NCBI GenBank assembly: GCA_963707215.1
Contig: CAVPPB010000003.1
Location: forward strand, 768,001-832,000
Source: an uncultured Chloroflexia bacterium
GTDB taxonomy: Bacteria; Chloroflexota; Limnocylindria; Limnocylindrales; CSP1-4
DNA length: 64,000 nucleotides
Direction: 5' to 3'
A program made the position numbers and the translations under genes. The notes under the pieces are model-generated. The model saw only the letters and a program-made list of their open reading frames with translations. It was not told the origin of the DNA and searched no databases. This document shows, one piece after another, positions 27,602-37,788 of the stretch; the first letter of the stretch is position 1, and the number at the start of each line of letters is the position of its first letter.

Positions 27602-28590
27602 TCGTCGAGCCCGTCGGGCCCCCCGCCAGGGGCCGGCTTCGCCGCCTGGCCAACGCGACGGCCTTGGCCGTGCCGATCCTGATCCTGGGCGCCGTCCTGG
27701 CTGTCGGGCTGCTTGGACGAGTCGGTCAGGAGCCCGCGACCCTGCCGACCCCGGACGACCCGTCGGGTTCCCCAGGGATGTCGGACCCCGTTGCGCGAGC
27801 GGCGGAGCGGGCGTCGTTCCCGGCCGCCATCGACGGCCTGCCCGTCCGCAACGTGGGGGCCACCGTCAGACGCCAGGACGGTGGGCTTGGCTCGGGGATC
27901 CGGGCGGTCCGGGGCTACCTCAGCCTCGGTGAGATCCCGCTCGCCTGCGCGGACGAGATCCTCGGCCCGGCCGGGGCTCTCTGCTGGCGCCACGGCCTCC
28001 TGCTCGACGAGCTCGAGTCCCCGTGGGCCGCCGGCGCGGCCCCGCGGATGGCGGACGCCCCGGTCCTTCGCCCGCAGTTCCCGCCGGCGGTCCGCCTGCC
28101 GGCCGACGTGGCCGGGACCATCGCCGAGGCGGATGGGCGGCCGCTCCCGGTCGTCCTGCTCGGCCGGTTCGAGGAGCCCGTGTCCGGCGTCTGCCTGGGG
28201 GCCGGGTGCCCGGCCGCGTTCATCGTGCGGGGCGTCGCCTGGTATGACGGTCACGTCTGGCGGCGACCCACCGTCCTCCAGCCCACGCTCGACTTCGACA
28301 TCGTCGACGACCCCTGGCCAGAGCGCCGCGCGGTTGCCCGCGACGCCCTGGGCGAGGTCGAGCGCGTCCTCGTCATCGCCCTGGTCAGCCCCTTGCGGCT
28401 CGCCACGATCGATCGGGTCGCCGCGCTCGCGTTGCCCAGGCCTGCCCCTGAGCGCGTCTGGTACGTCCTCGGCCTCGAGGTGACGCCGACAGCCGATCCG
28501 ACCGAGCCGATCGGGACGACACGCTGGGTGGTCGTGGACGACGCCACTGGCGAGGTCCTCGCCTCGGGAGGTGACCCGGCCGGGGGGTAG
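27598..28590 (+). CDS. Membrane-anchored hypothetical protein
   Basis: ATGA overlap with the upstream stop, one TM helix, four Cys, C-terminal PepSY-like WVVVDDATGEVL. Confidence 0.65.
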   Translation: MIVEPVGPPARGRLRRLANATALAVPILILGAVLAVGLLGRVGQEPATLPTPDDPSGSPGMSDPVARAAERASFPAAIDGLPVRNVGATVRRQDGGLGSGIRAVRGYLSLGEIPLACADEILGPAGALCWRHGLLLDELESPWAAGAAPRMADAPVLRPQFPPAVRLPADVAGTIAEADGRPLPVVLLGRFEEPVSGVCLGAGCPAAFIVRGVAWYDGHVWRRPTVLQPTLDFDIVDDPWPERRAVARDALGEVERVLVIALVSPLRLATIDRVAALALPRPAPERVWYVLGLEVTPTADPTEPIGTTRWVVVDDATGEVLASGGDPAGG

Positions 28591-28616
28591 TAGCGGGAGG
28601 CCGGGTGGAGGTCGGG

Positions 28617-29719
28617 CTAGTCGAGCAGCGACGGCGGTCCTTTGAAGATCTGGTTGTGATGGAACCGCAGCTGGGCGGCGCTTGCCTGCAGGTCCGTCTG
28701 GGCTGGCTCGAACGCCATCAGCCCGTCCGCGAGCGGTAGCCGAAACGATCCGTCTGGTGCCTCGATCATGGTTGGCTCGAGACGAGGAGACCTCACCACG
28801 ACGGAGCCGGTTGCGTTCCCGCTTGAGCGTGAATAGCCCTTGTCGAACATCCGGTGAAGAGTCGGGTAAGCGACAGTCCGTTGGGCACGACATCCGGTCC
28901 GTGGTAGGCAACGGGGCGGATATGGGCGAGCTTCGATCAGGCGGGTCGCACGACCCCGGGGTGGGGAAGCGACTCCCGAGATCCCGAAGCCACTGATGGC
29001 ACAGCGATACTCATAGGCCGAATGACGGAGCGGCGAAAGCTGGCATCCCGCTCGGCGGCAGTGCACCAATCGCCTTGACCGTTCGCGCAAGAGGCAGTTG
29101 CAGAGGCCGCTGTGGGCCCCAGACGGCGGGATTTCCCCGGACATCGGGAGCTGGCCCGCATAACCCAGACTCAGAATGTCAGCTGCGCCTCGGGCTCCGA
29201 CAGCGGGCGCACCGAGGCCCCTGAAGTTCGGATGGCTTCGGTCGCGTGGCGCCATAACGTTCCTCGGAGCCATGCCTCGATCGGCTCACCGGCAACGTCG
29301 CGTGGCACCGGGCTTGGTCCTCGAACTCACGTCAGGTCGAGCCGCTCAAGCACGCACAGGCCGTGAACGGCAGACCGGTGCCTCGCTTCGAGAAATGGAG
29401 GACGGCGGGACGAGGCCACGTCGGTTGTCGATCAACGGTCCTCAGGCGAGCTTCAGCGCTTGGTTCCCAGCGAGCTCGTAACAGGCGCGGTGTCGAACCG
29501 CACACCGACGTAGGCCATGCGCCCGTGAGAAGATCGCGGGTCATCCTTGGTCGCGCGGTTCGGGGATGATCGTGTCGGCGAGCATCGCCTCGCCAGACGT
29601 CAGAGGCGCGAACCACTTCCGGTATCGCGCCATGTCCGGATGGCTGCGTAGGATTCACCCGGCGAAACTGGTTCGGTGTATGCACTGACGGACTTCGAGG
29701 TCAGCACGAGACACTTCAT
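28617..29719 (-). pseudogene. Multiply frameshifted HNH restriction-endonuclease-type gene in a lower-GC patch
   Basis: Joining frames gives RDASFRRSVIR-AYEYRCAISG...LIEA-AHIRPVAYHGPDVVPNGLSLT-PTLHRMFDKGY...QLRFHHNQIF. Probable N-terminus MKCLVLTSKSVSAY at ATG 29719. Confidence 0.75.
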
Positions 29720-29776
29720 GTGCCCAGGCTTAGCCGTCACTGAGCGGCAGAGCTAGGCCCCCTCACCATCCGACCC

Positions 29777-30052
29777 TTGACGATCGAGGCCCGATCCGAT
29801 CAGGCTGCGATCGTGCGATACGAGCTCGAGATCCGGTTGGCGGTCAACGACGCGATGGCGCCGACGCCTGAGCGCGCCACGACGTCGATGCGCTTCAATC
29901 TCGGCCGCGGCGCTCGGCCTATCCCCACCGATCTCGCCCGCATCGAGAACGACGTCCACAACGCGATCCTCGACCTGCTGAGCAAGCGCCGGACCTTCGA
30001 GCTGCCGCAGGTCGATGGATGCGGCGTCATGGACTCGGACGCCAATCGCTAG
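29777..30052 (+). CDS. Hypothetical protein, possibly a fragment
   Basis: 91-aa ORF with GC3-biased codons filling the gap between the HNH remnant and the ligD stop. Confidence 0.35.
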   Translation: MTIEARSDQAAIVRYELEIRLAVNDAMAPTPERATTSMRFNLGRGARPIPTDLARIENDVHNAILDLLSKRRTFELPQVDGCGVMDSDANR

Positions 30053-30069
30053 CGGCGCCCTGCCCCGCC

Positions 30070-32910
30070 CTAGCCCAGCTTCGGCAGGACCTGCAGGTCC
30101 GTCTGCGCTCCGGCGAACAGGTCGCCCAGCTCGGCGACCCGGGCCGGCAGCGTCCGGATCGTCCAGGCGTCGGGTCGCAGCGTAGCGTCGTCCAGCTCGT
30201 CCCAGGCGATCGGGGCCGAGACGGGCGCCCCGGGCCGAGGCCGCACGGCGTACGGCGCGGCGAGCGTCTTGATCGGCACGTTCTGGGTGAAGTCGAGGCG
30301 AGCCCGACCCTCGCGCCGATCCTTGGCCCACTCCCAGCTGACCAGGTCCGGCACGATCGCCGCCGACGGCCCGCGAGAGCCCCTCGACCCAGGCGCTCGT
30401 TTCCTCGAACGTGTAGCGGGGCTCGATCGGCACCCAGATGTGGACGCCCCGCCCGCCGGTGAGCTTGGGGTAGCCGCGCACACCCAGATGCTCCAGGGCG
30501 GTCCGGAAGAGCCGCGCCAGGACCAGCGTTTCCTCCCAGGTCGTCCGTTCGCCGGGGTCGATGTCGATGAGCGCAAAGGTCGGCGTGAACGGCGCCTCGA
30601 GGCGACCGGTCCAGGCGTGGATCTCGAAGGCTGCCTGGTTGCCGAGCCAGCACAGCGTCGCCGTCCGATCCGCCACCAGGTGCTCGTTGGCGTCGCGCCG
30701 CTCGACCCCGACCTCGCGCCACCGCCGCAGCCACGTGGGATCCGTCGGGCGGAGGGCCTTCTGCCAGAAGCCGGGCTTCTGGGCGCCGTCGGGGAAGCGC
30801 TGGAGGTTGAGTGGCCGGTCGGCCAGGTGCGGCAGCATCGCCGGACCGATCCTGGCGAAGTAGCCGATGAGCTCGCGCTTGGTGATGGGGGGCTCGGGTC
30901 GGGCGCCCTCCTTGGAGCCCTGCACCCCCGGGCGCCCCGGGAACAGCACCTTGTCGAGGTTCGTCAGCTTCAGCTCCTGGCCCCCGACGACCCAGCGCCC
31001 TTCCCGCCCCAGCGCGTCGAGGGCAGCCAGCTCGTCCGACGTGGCAGCCGCCCACTCCGCGTGCTCGGCAGCCATAGGTCGGGCGGTGGGGCGCGACCGC
31101 GATGGTGACTCGGTCGGGGCCGGACCAGCCGCAGCCTCGGCATCGGCCGACGCGACCGCCGATGACACCGCCGACTCGCGAACCACGTTCGCCGGCTCCC
31201 GCCCCTCCTCCAGCCCCTTGAAGGCCGCCTGGCGGACGAGACCGTCCCGCGACCAACCTCCGAGCTCGGCACGGATGACGACCCTGGGCTCGACCCAGGT
31301 CACGCCGCGCAGGTCCGCCCGGCGGCCGGGGTCGGGGTCGAACGGGCACCGATCGGTCGCCAGCTCGTCGAGGCGCTCGCGAAGGCGTCGCCGGGATCGC
31401 TCGTCGAAGCCCGAGCCGACCTTGCCGGCGAAGCGCAGCCGCCCCTCCTCCATGACCCCGACGACGACCGCCCCGAGCCCCCTGGCGCTCCCCTCCCCCG
31501 GCGTCCAGCCGGCCACGACGAGCTCCTGGGCCGGTCGGAGCTTGAGCTTGAGCCAGGCGTTCGAGCGCCGCCCCGGCTCGTAGCGGCTTCGGCGTAGCTT
31601 GGCCACGATCCCCTCGAGGCCCTGGCCGGCGGCCGCCCGGTGGAAGGCGACGCCGTCACCGACGACGTGGCCACTGAAGCGGACCCGTCGGCCGTCGGTC
31701 AGCACCGAGCGGAGCAGGCGCTTGCGATCCTCCAGCGGGACCCGGAGCAGCGAGCGGCCGTTGTGGCGGAGCAGGTCGAAGGCCTGGTAGACGAGCGGTG
31801 CCCGGCCCGCCTCCTCGTCGGCCTCGGCGGTCTCCGCGTCGCCTCCCTCCGGTGAGCGCTGGGGGCGCCCGCCGCCGTCCGACCCCCGACCCCACTGGCC
31901 CGGCACCCGCCCGCCGGTCGCCTGGGAGATGCGGGCCTGGAGCAGCGAGAAGTCCGGTCGGCCTTCGGCATCGAGCGCGACCACCTCGCCGTCGAGGATC
32001 GCGTCGTCGGCGGCCAGCCAGGTCCGCGGCGGCGGCAGGAGGTCCGGGAAGTAGGTGGCGGCGTCATGACCGTTCCGCGTGTAGAGGCGGACCTTGCCCT
32101 CGTCGACGACCGCCTGGACCCGGTAGCCGTCCCACTTGATCTCGAACAGCCAGTCCTCGTCGTCGAAGGGCCGGTCCGACAGCGTCGCCAGCATCGGCTC
32201 CACGAAGCGCGGCGGCCCGCCGGCGGGCTCGGCGGCCGTCAGATCGATCCCGGCCACCGGCGCCGGGGCATCGCTGATCCAGTAGGCGTCGCGATCGGCC
32301 TTGACCTCGTCGTTGGTCCTGCCCGTCTTGACGCTCCGGGGGTGGTCCTCGGTGTCCCACCCGGCGACCGCGTGCTCGTCGCGCTTCTTGATGAGGAGCC
32401 ACTGCTCGCCCTCGTCGCCCTCGAAGGCCCGGGTCGGGGGGAATCCTTTGCCCCCCGGGCCCGGTCGGCCTTGCGCGGTCGGCCGCTGGTCCGGACGATC
32501 GTGAAGCGGCCGGCGATCTTCTCGCCGGCCAGCCGGAACTTCAGCTCGCCGTCGCGGATGGCGGCGGCCGGGTCGGGCGTCTCGGCCTCCGGCTCCCAAG
32601 TCCCCCAGTCCCAGACGATGACGTCGCCGGCGCCGTACTGACGGGCCGGGATGACGCCCTCGAAGTCGAGGTACTCGATGGGGTGGTCCTCGACGTGGAT
32701 GGCCATCCGCCGCTCCGACGGATCCAGGGTGGGCCCCCGCGGCACGGCCCAGCTGACCAGGACGCCGTCGATCTCCAGCCGGACGTCGTAGTGGAGCCGG
32801 GTTGCCCGGTGGCGCTGCACCACGAAGCGGCCCTCGCCGGTCCCGGGGGCACCGGCAGGCTCGGGCGTCTTCGCGAAGTCGCGCTTGCGGGCGTACTCCT
32901 CGAGGGGCAT
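30070..32910 (-). CDS. ligD: NHEJ DNA ligase D (phosphoesterase-ligase-polymerase order), with two frameshifts in this sequence
   Basis: PE domain FVVQRH.ATRLHYD.RLE...SWAVP; ligase EIKWDGYR, EGIVAK, WLKLK; polymerase TNLDKVLFP, RFPDG, DIDP, KLTGGRGVH, APYAVR. Frame breaks near 32436-32456 and 30360. Confidence 0.9.
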
Positions 32911-33095
32911 GCGGGGCAGTGTGCCGGGCTGTGCCTCGCGGCGCCAGCGGGCCAGCGGGCCGGCGACTGCAAGGCCGCCCAGGGGCGCCGAGGGAGGTGC
33001 GAGGAGCGGGGACCTCGAGCGTGAGTCGACTCAGGGCATAGTCGCATCGCCCACTGGCGGGCCCAGGCCACGCTCGGGCTGTGCTCAGGCCTTGC

Positions 33096-33479
33096 TCAGG
33101 CGGCTGACTCCCACGCCCGCCGGAGCCAACCGCGGACCTCGTCGTCGATCGTCGCGAGGTCGGGCAGCTCCAGATGGTGCATCCAGCGGCCGCGCGCGGG
33201 CTCCACGATCTCCTTGAAGCGTCTCGACTCGATCCGTTCGCGGAGGCCGATCGAGAGGACGACCTCGACGTCCGGCATGTCGAGCCAGCGGCCAGGCAGC
33301 CAGAGCCAGGCGAACCCGACCCGCCGCTGGAAGACCACCTGACTGCGGGTCACGCCGACCTCGACCGACTCGCAACAGTCGAGGGCGTCGACGACCGCCC
33401 GGTACGCGGGAATGCCCAGACCGGACTCGCCGAAGAAGGCCGAGACTCCTGGCGGCACCACGCGATCCCCGGAACCCAT
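33096..33479 (-). CDS. DUF5655-like small protein
   Basis: TRSQVVF.RR.GFAW.W, RFKEIVEP..GRWMHHLE and DDEVRGWL.RAW patterns. Confidence 0.72.
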   Translation of the reverse strand: MGSGDRVVPPGVSAFFGESGLGIPAYRAVVDALDCCESVEVGVTRSQVVFQRRVGFAWLWLPGRWLDMPDVEVVLSIGLRERIESRRFKEIVEPARGRWMHHLELPDLATIDDEVRGWLRRAWESAA

Positions 33480-33527
33480 CCGCCTCATCGTCTCGCGCCC
33501 GTCCAGCTCGTCGGCCAGAATGCCGCG

Positions 33528-34553
33528 GTGACCCCCTTCTTCGACCTCTCGACCCGGGGCCGCGCGCGGCGACTCCGCCGGCTCGCCCGGCGCGCCCTGG
33601 AGGCCTACCCGGTCGACGTCGCCGCGATCCGGATGCTGACGATCGAGACGAACGGCATCTTCCGCGTCGACGCGGTCGGCGGCCAGCGCTTCGTCCTGAG
33701 GATCGGGCGGGCGGGCAACATCGGGCACTCGACGGCCCAGGTCCGCTCCGAGACCGAGTGGCTGGCCGCCCTGGGCCGCGACACGGACCTTCGCGTGCCG
33801 GAGCCGGTGGAGAGCCGCCAGGGCGAGCACGTCACGACGGTCGAGGCCGACGGCGTCCCGGAGCCCCGCGACTGCGTCCTCTTCCGCTGGCTGCCCGGCC
33901 GGCAGCTCGACCGAGACCTCGACACACTCGCGATGCGAGCGTACGGGGCCCTCGCTGTGCGACTCCACGAGCACGCCGCCGCGTTCCGGCCCTCAGCCGC
34001 GTTCGAGATCGTGCGCTACGACCGGGTCTTCCCGTTCGAGGAGCCGGTGGTGCTGCTTGATCCGGAGCGTTCGACGTTCGCGACCCAGGCCCAGCGCGAG
34101 GTCTTCGCCGCCGGGGTCGAGCTCGTGTCGCGGGCCATCGGGGACCTTCGGCGGCGCGAGCCGATGCGGGTCATCCACGGCGACCTGCACCGCTGGAACG
34201 TGCTGGCGGAGCCGCGTCGCGGCGGCAGGGAGCCCACCGTCGGTGCCATCGACTTCGAGGACCTCATGTGGGGCTGGCCGGTCCAGGACCTGGCGATCGC
34301 GCTCTACTACCTGCACGAGGAGCCCGCCTACCCGGCCATGCGGGAGGCGTTCCGGGCCGGCTACGAGAAGCTCCGCCCGTGGCCGGACGAGACCGGCGAC
34401 GAGATCGACACCTTCATCGCCGGCCGGGCCCTGGTCCTGGCCAACGACGTCGAGCTCCTCGAGGAACCCGAGGTCCGGGCCGAGGCTCCCGACCTCATGG
34501 ACCGGTTCGAGCGCCGGGTCCGCCGGGTGCTGGATCGCGCGTCGCGGGCCTAG
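33528..34553 (+). CDS. APH / type II homoserine kinase-family phosphotransferase
   Basis: N.IFRV, FVLRI, SE..WL..L, IHGDLH..N and IDFED motifs. Start GTG 33528 with CAGAAT 6 nt upstream. Confidence 0.87.
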   Translation: MTPFFDLSTRGRARRLRRLARRALEAYPVDVAAIRMLTIETNGIFRVDAVGGQRFVLRIGRAGNIGHSTAQVRSETEWLAALGRDTDLRVPEPVESRQGEHVTTVEADGVPEPRDCVLFRWLPGRQLDRDLDTLAMRAYGALAVRLHEHAAAFRPSAAFEIVRYDRVFPFEEPVVLLDPERSTFATQAQREVFAAGVELVSRAIGDLRRREPMRVIHGDLHRWNVLAEPRRGGREPTVGAIDFEDLMWGWPVQDLAIALYYLHEEPAYPAMREAFRAGYEKLRPWPDETGDEIDTFIAGRALVLANDVELLEEPEVRAEAPDLMDRFERRVRRVLDRASRA

Positions 34554-34694
34554 GACTGGCCCCGCTGACCTGGGACTCGACCCGCCGGCCGAACCCGCCA
34601 AGCCGGGCGATGACCGGCCATCGGCCTCTTGTCGGCGTACGGACCAGGGGACCAGACTTGGCCTGGGCTGCGACGGCAGCCTGGATGACACGCG

Positions 34695-36023
34695 ATGGCC
34701 TCGATCGGATCGCTCCGGGTCGGGCTCGTCTCGACCCGCCTCGCCGGCACCGACGGCGTCTCCCTGGAGACGGCGAAGTGGGCGACGGCGCTCGAGCGGA
34801 TGGGCCACCGGACCTTCTACTTCGCCGGCGAGTGCGACCGTCCGGAGGACCGCTCGCACGTGGCCCCGGAGGCGTCGCTCCAGCACCCCGACATCCTCGC
34901 CATCAACCAGGCCACGTTCGCCTGGCATGCCGCCGAGCCGACGATCGCCGAGGGCCGCGGGCAGGCGACCAGCGTCCGGCCGGCGGCCATCAGCGAACGG
35001 ATCCACGAGCTGCGAGCGCACCTCAAGGCCGAGCTCTACGCCTTCTGCCGGCGGTTCGACCTGGAGCTCCTGGTCGTCGAGAACGCCTCGGCCATCCCCC
35101 TCAACCTCCCGCTGGGCCTGGCCATCTCCGAGTTCGTCGCCGAGACCGGGATCCCGACGATCGCCCACCACCACGACCTGCCGTGGGAGCGCCAGCGGTT
35201 CCTGGTGAACAGCGTGGCCGACGTCATCGCGGCCGCCTTCCCGCCGGTGCACCCGACGATCCGCCACGTCGTCATCAACTCGATCCAGGCGCTCGAGCTG
35301 AGCTCGCGCCGCGGGGTCACCGCCCGGGTGATCCCCAACGTCATGGACTTCGACCGGCCCCCGGCGCCACCCAGCGCCGACCGGACAGCGTCCCTCCGGA
35401 CCGACCTCGGTCTCCGTGATGACGAGCTGCTGCTTCTCCAGCCGACCCGCATCGTCGCCCGCAAGGGGATCGAGGACGCCATCGAGTTCACCCGCCGTCT
35501 GGACCGACCGGCCTGCCTGGTCGTGTCGCATGCCTCGGGAGACGAGGGCGATGCCTACGAGCGCCGGATCCTCGACTACGCCGACCTGCTGGGGGTCCGG
35601 GTCGTCCTGGCCGGCGACCGGATCGTCATCGGGGACGGCGAATGGACGGACCCGCGGGCAGAGGCGCCCGGCCGGCACACCCTGGCCGACGCGTACGGGG
35701 CGGCCGACTTCGTGACCTACCCCTCGAAGTTCGAGGGATTCGGCAACGCTTTCCTGGAGGCCGTCTACCACCGCCGCCCGATCCTGGTGAACAACTACTC
35801 GACCTACGAGGTTGACCTTCGGCCGCGGGGCTTCCGGGTGGTCTGGTTCGACGAGTACATCGACGCCCGCACCCTGGAGGTCGCCCGGCGCCTGCTTGAC
35901 GAGCCCGCGACGGCGGCGGCCTGGGCCGAGCGCAACTACGAGGTCGGTCGGATGCACTTCTCCTTCACCGTGCTCGAGCGTCACCTGTCCGACCTGCTCG
36001 TCGACTGCTTCGGCGCCGGCTGA
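34695..36023 (+). CDS. GT4 glycosyltransferase (mannosylglucosylglycerate-synthase-like)
   Basis: RLAGTDGVSLE..KW, HHHD..WER, QPTRIVARKGIE and YPS.FEGFGNAFLEA motifs. Confidence 0.87.
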   Translation: MASIGSLRVGLVSTRLAGTDGVSLETAKWATALERMGHRTFYFAGECDRPEDRSHVAPEASLQHPDILAINQATFAWHAAEPTIAEGRGQATSVRPAAISERIHELRAHLKAELYAFCRRFDLELLVVENASAIPLNLPLGLAISEFVAETGIPTIAHHHDLPWERQRFLVNSVADVIAAAFPPVHPTIRHVVINSIQALELSSRRGVTARVIPNVMDFDRPPAPPSADRTASLRTDLGLRDDELLLLQPTRIVARKGIEDAIEFTRRLDRPACLVVSHASGDEGDAYERRILDYADLLGVRVVLAGDRIVIGDGEWTDPRAEAPGRHTLADAYGAADFVTYPSKFEGFGNAFLEAVYHRRPILVNNYSTYEVDLRPRGFRVVWFDEYIDARTLEVARRLLDEPATAAAWAERNYEVGRMHFSFTVLERHLSDLLVDCFGAG

Positions 36024-36029
36024 TGTGCG

Positions 36030-37310
36030 ATGGCCACCCGGATCGCCCTGCTCCACTACTCCGTGCCACCCGTTGTGGGCGGCGTGGAGGCCGTCATCGG
36101 GGCGCACGCCCGCCTCCTTGCCGAGGCCGGCCACGAGGTCCGCCTCGTCGCCGGCCGGGGTCGCCGGCCGGAGCATCCGGCCATCGAGCTCGTCCGCATC
36201 CCGTTGGCCGACACCCGGCACCCGCGGGTCGTCCGGGCCCGCCGGGCTCTCGCCGGCGGAGAGGTCACGGCCGACTTCGATCTCCTCGTTCGCGAGCTGA
36301 CCGAGTCCCTCCGGTCGGCCCTCGACTGCTGCGACGCGCTGATCGCCCACAACGTCGCGACCTTCCACTTCAACCTCGCCCTCACCGCGGCGCTCGAGGC
36401 CGTGTCGCGACAGGATGGTGGACCGCCCCTCGTGACCTGGACCCACGACATCGCCGCGGCCGAGCCGTGGTACGTGGGCGAGCTCCACGCGGGCTGGCCG
36501 TGGGACCTCGTCCGGAGGCCGTGGCCGTCGGCGATCCCCGTCGCCGTCTCGAGGACCCGTCGCGACCAGCTGGTCGGCGTCATCGGGCTGCCGCTGGAGA
36601 CGGTCCGGGTCATCCCCAACGGCACGGACCCGGCAGGGCGCCTGGGCCTCCACCCGGCCACCCGTCGCCTGGCCGCGCACCTCGACCTGGGCGGGCCGGG
36701 ACCGATCCTCCTGGTGCCCAGTCGGATCACCCCGCGCAAGAACCTGGAGCTGGCGGTCCGTGTCCTCGCGCAGCTGGGCCGGCATGGCTCCGCGGCCCGC
36801 CTGGTGGTGACCGGGGCGCTCGACCCGCACGACCCCGGCTCGGTGGCCTACCTCGGTCGCCTCCGGGCGCTGGCCCTCGAGCTGGACGTCGAGACCCGGG
36901 TCACCTTCGTCTCGGCGGAGCTGGCCGGCGACGACTCCCCGGCGATCGTGCGGGATCTCTACGGGCTGGCGGATCTCCTCCTGCTGACCAGCCTCGACGA
37001 GGGGTTCGGGCTTCCGCTCATCGAGGCGGCAGTGACCCGGCTGCCGATCGTCTGCCCGGCCATCCCGGCCCTGGTCGAGCTGGCCCAGGGCGGTGCGACG
37101 TTCTTCGAGCCCGGTGCCTCGGCGACGTCGATCGCCGCGCTGGTCGAGGAGCGGCTGGCCGGCGACCCGGTCCACGGTCTCGCCGTCCGGGTCCGCACCG
37201 AGCTGGCCTGGCCGGTGGTCTTCCGCGAGCACATCGCGCCGCTGGTCGCCGAGGTCCTGGCCGGCACCGGCCGGCCTGCCGGACCACTCCTGACGCCGGC
37301 TACCCCTTGA
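36030..37310 (+). CDS. GT4 glycosyltransferase
   Basis: HYSVPPVVGGVE, WTHD, PSRITPRKNLE and S.DEGFGLPLIEA motifs. Confidence 0.88.
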   Translation: MATRIALLHYSVPPVVGGVEAVIGAHARLLAEAGHEVRLVAGRGRRPEHPAIELVRIPLADTRHPRVVRARRALAGGEVTADFDLLVRELTESLRSALDCCDALIAHNVATFHFNLALTAALEAVSRQDGGPPLVTWTHDIAAAEPWYVGELHAGWPWDLVRRPWPSAIPVAVSRTRRDQLVGVIGLPLETVRVIPNGTDPAGRLGLHPATRRLAAHLDLGGPGPILLVPSRITPRKNLELAVRVLAQLGRHGSAARLVVTGALDPHDPGSVAYLGRLRALALELDVETRVTFVSAELAGDDSPAIVRDLYGLADLLLLTSLDEGFGLPLIEAAVTRLPIVCPAIPALVELAQGGATFFEPGASATSIAALVEERLAGDPVHGLAVRVRTELAWPVVFREHIAPLVAEVLAGTGRPAGPLLTPATP

Positions 37311-37356
37311 CAGCCGGCCTCGACCGGCCTATATATCGCCACACGATATATCGCCA
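37307..37356 (+). promoter_or_regulatory. Promoter and inverted-repeat operator of the PadR operon
   Basis: TTGACA at 37307. Perfect ATATATCG-N5-CGATATAT at 37331-37351, with ATATATCGCCA also directly repeated. Confidence 0.75.
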
Positions 37357-37409
37357 ACCGTCACAGGGGCGCCCACGGACGCGCGGTCGCCTCGCCAAGT
37401 GGAGGAAGC

Positions 37410-37748
37410 ATGACGTCCGGCCTGTCCGATCTCGGTCGCTTCGCGGAGCCCTCGATCGCCATCCTCGTCTCGCTGAGCGATGGCCCCAAGCATGGCTACG
37501 CGATCATGGCCGACGTCGAGACGACGACCGGCCAGCCGCTGGGCCCGGGCACGCTCTACGCGGCGCTCGGGCGGCTCGAGCGGCGGGGGCTCATCGAGCC
37601 GCTGCCGGCCGAGGACCGACGGCGGCCGTACCGCCTGACCGGCCTGGGCGCCACGACCCTCCGCGCGCATCTCGACCAGCTCGATCAATTCGTCAAGACG
37701 GGGATCGTCCGCCTGGGGGGGTCGGCAGGGTTCGCCGGCATCCGGTGA
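37410..37748 (+). CDS. PadR-family transcriptional regulator
   Basis: IL..L.DGPKHGYAI, LGPGTLY.AL.RLE..GLI and RRRPYRLT motifs. Confidence 0.93.
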   Translation: MTSGLSDLGRFAEPSIAILVSLSDGPKHGYAIMADVETTTGQPLGPGTLYAALGRLERRGLIEPLPAEDRRRPYRLTGLGATTLRAHLDQLDQFVKTGIVRLGGSAGFAGIR

Positions 37749-37788
37749 ACCGCCGGTCCCGTCGGGACCACAGATCAAGGAGCGTCCC

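Noticed and set aside
28610-30075. Several CTAG tetramers around the low-GC patch as possible IS target duplications
   Set aside because: Most coincide with TAG stop codons, and no transposase or terminal inverted repeats were found.
32436-32456. Programmed -1 ribosomal frameshift in ligD
   Set aside because: No canonical X XXY YYZ slippery heptamer. A homopolymer indel is simpler, given other indels nearby.
33022-33033. 12-bp palindrome TGAGTCGACTCA upstream of ligD
   Set aside because: Single instance, about 100 bp from the promoter, with no counterpart seen upstream of ku.
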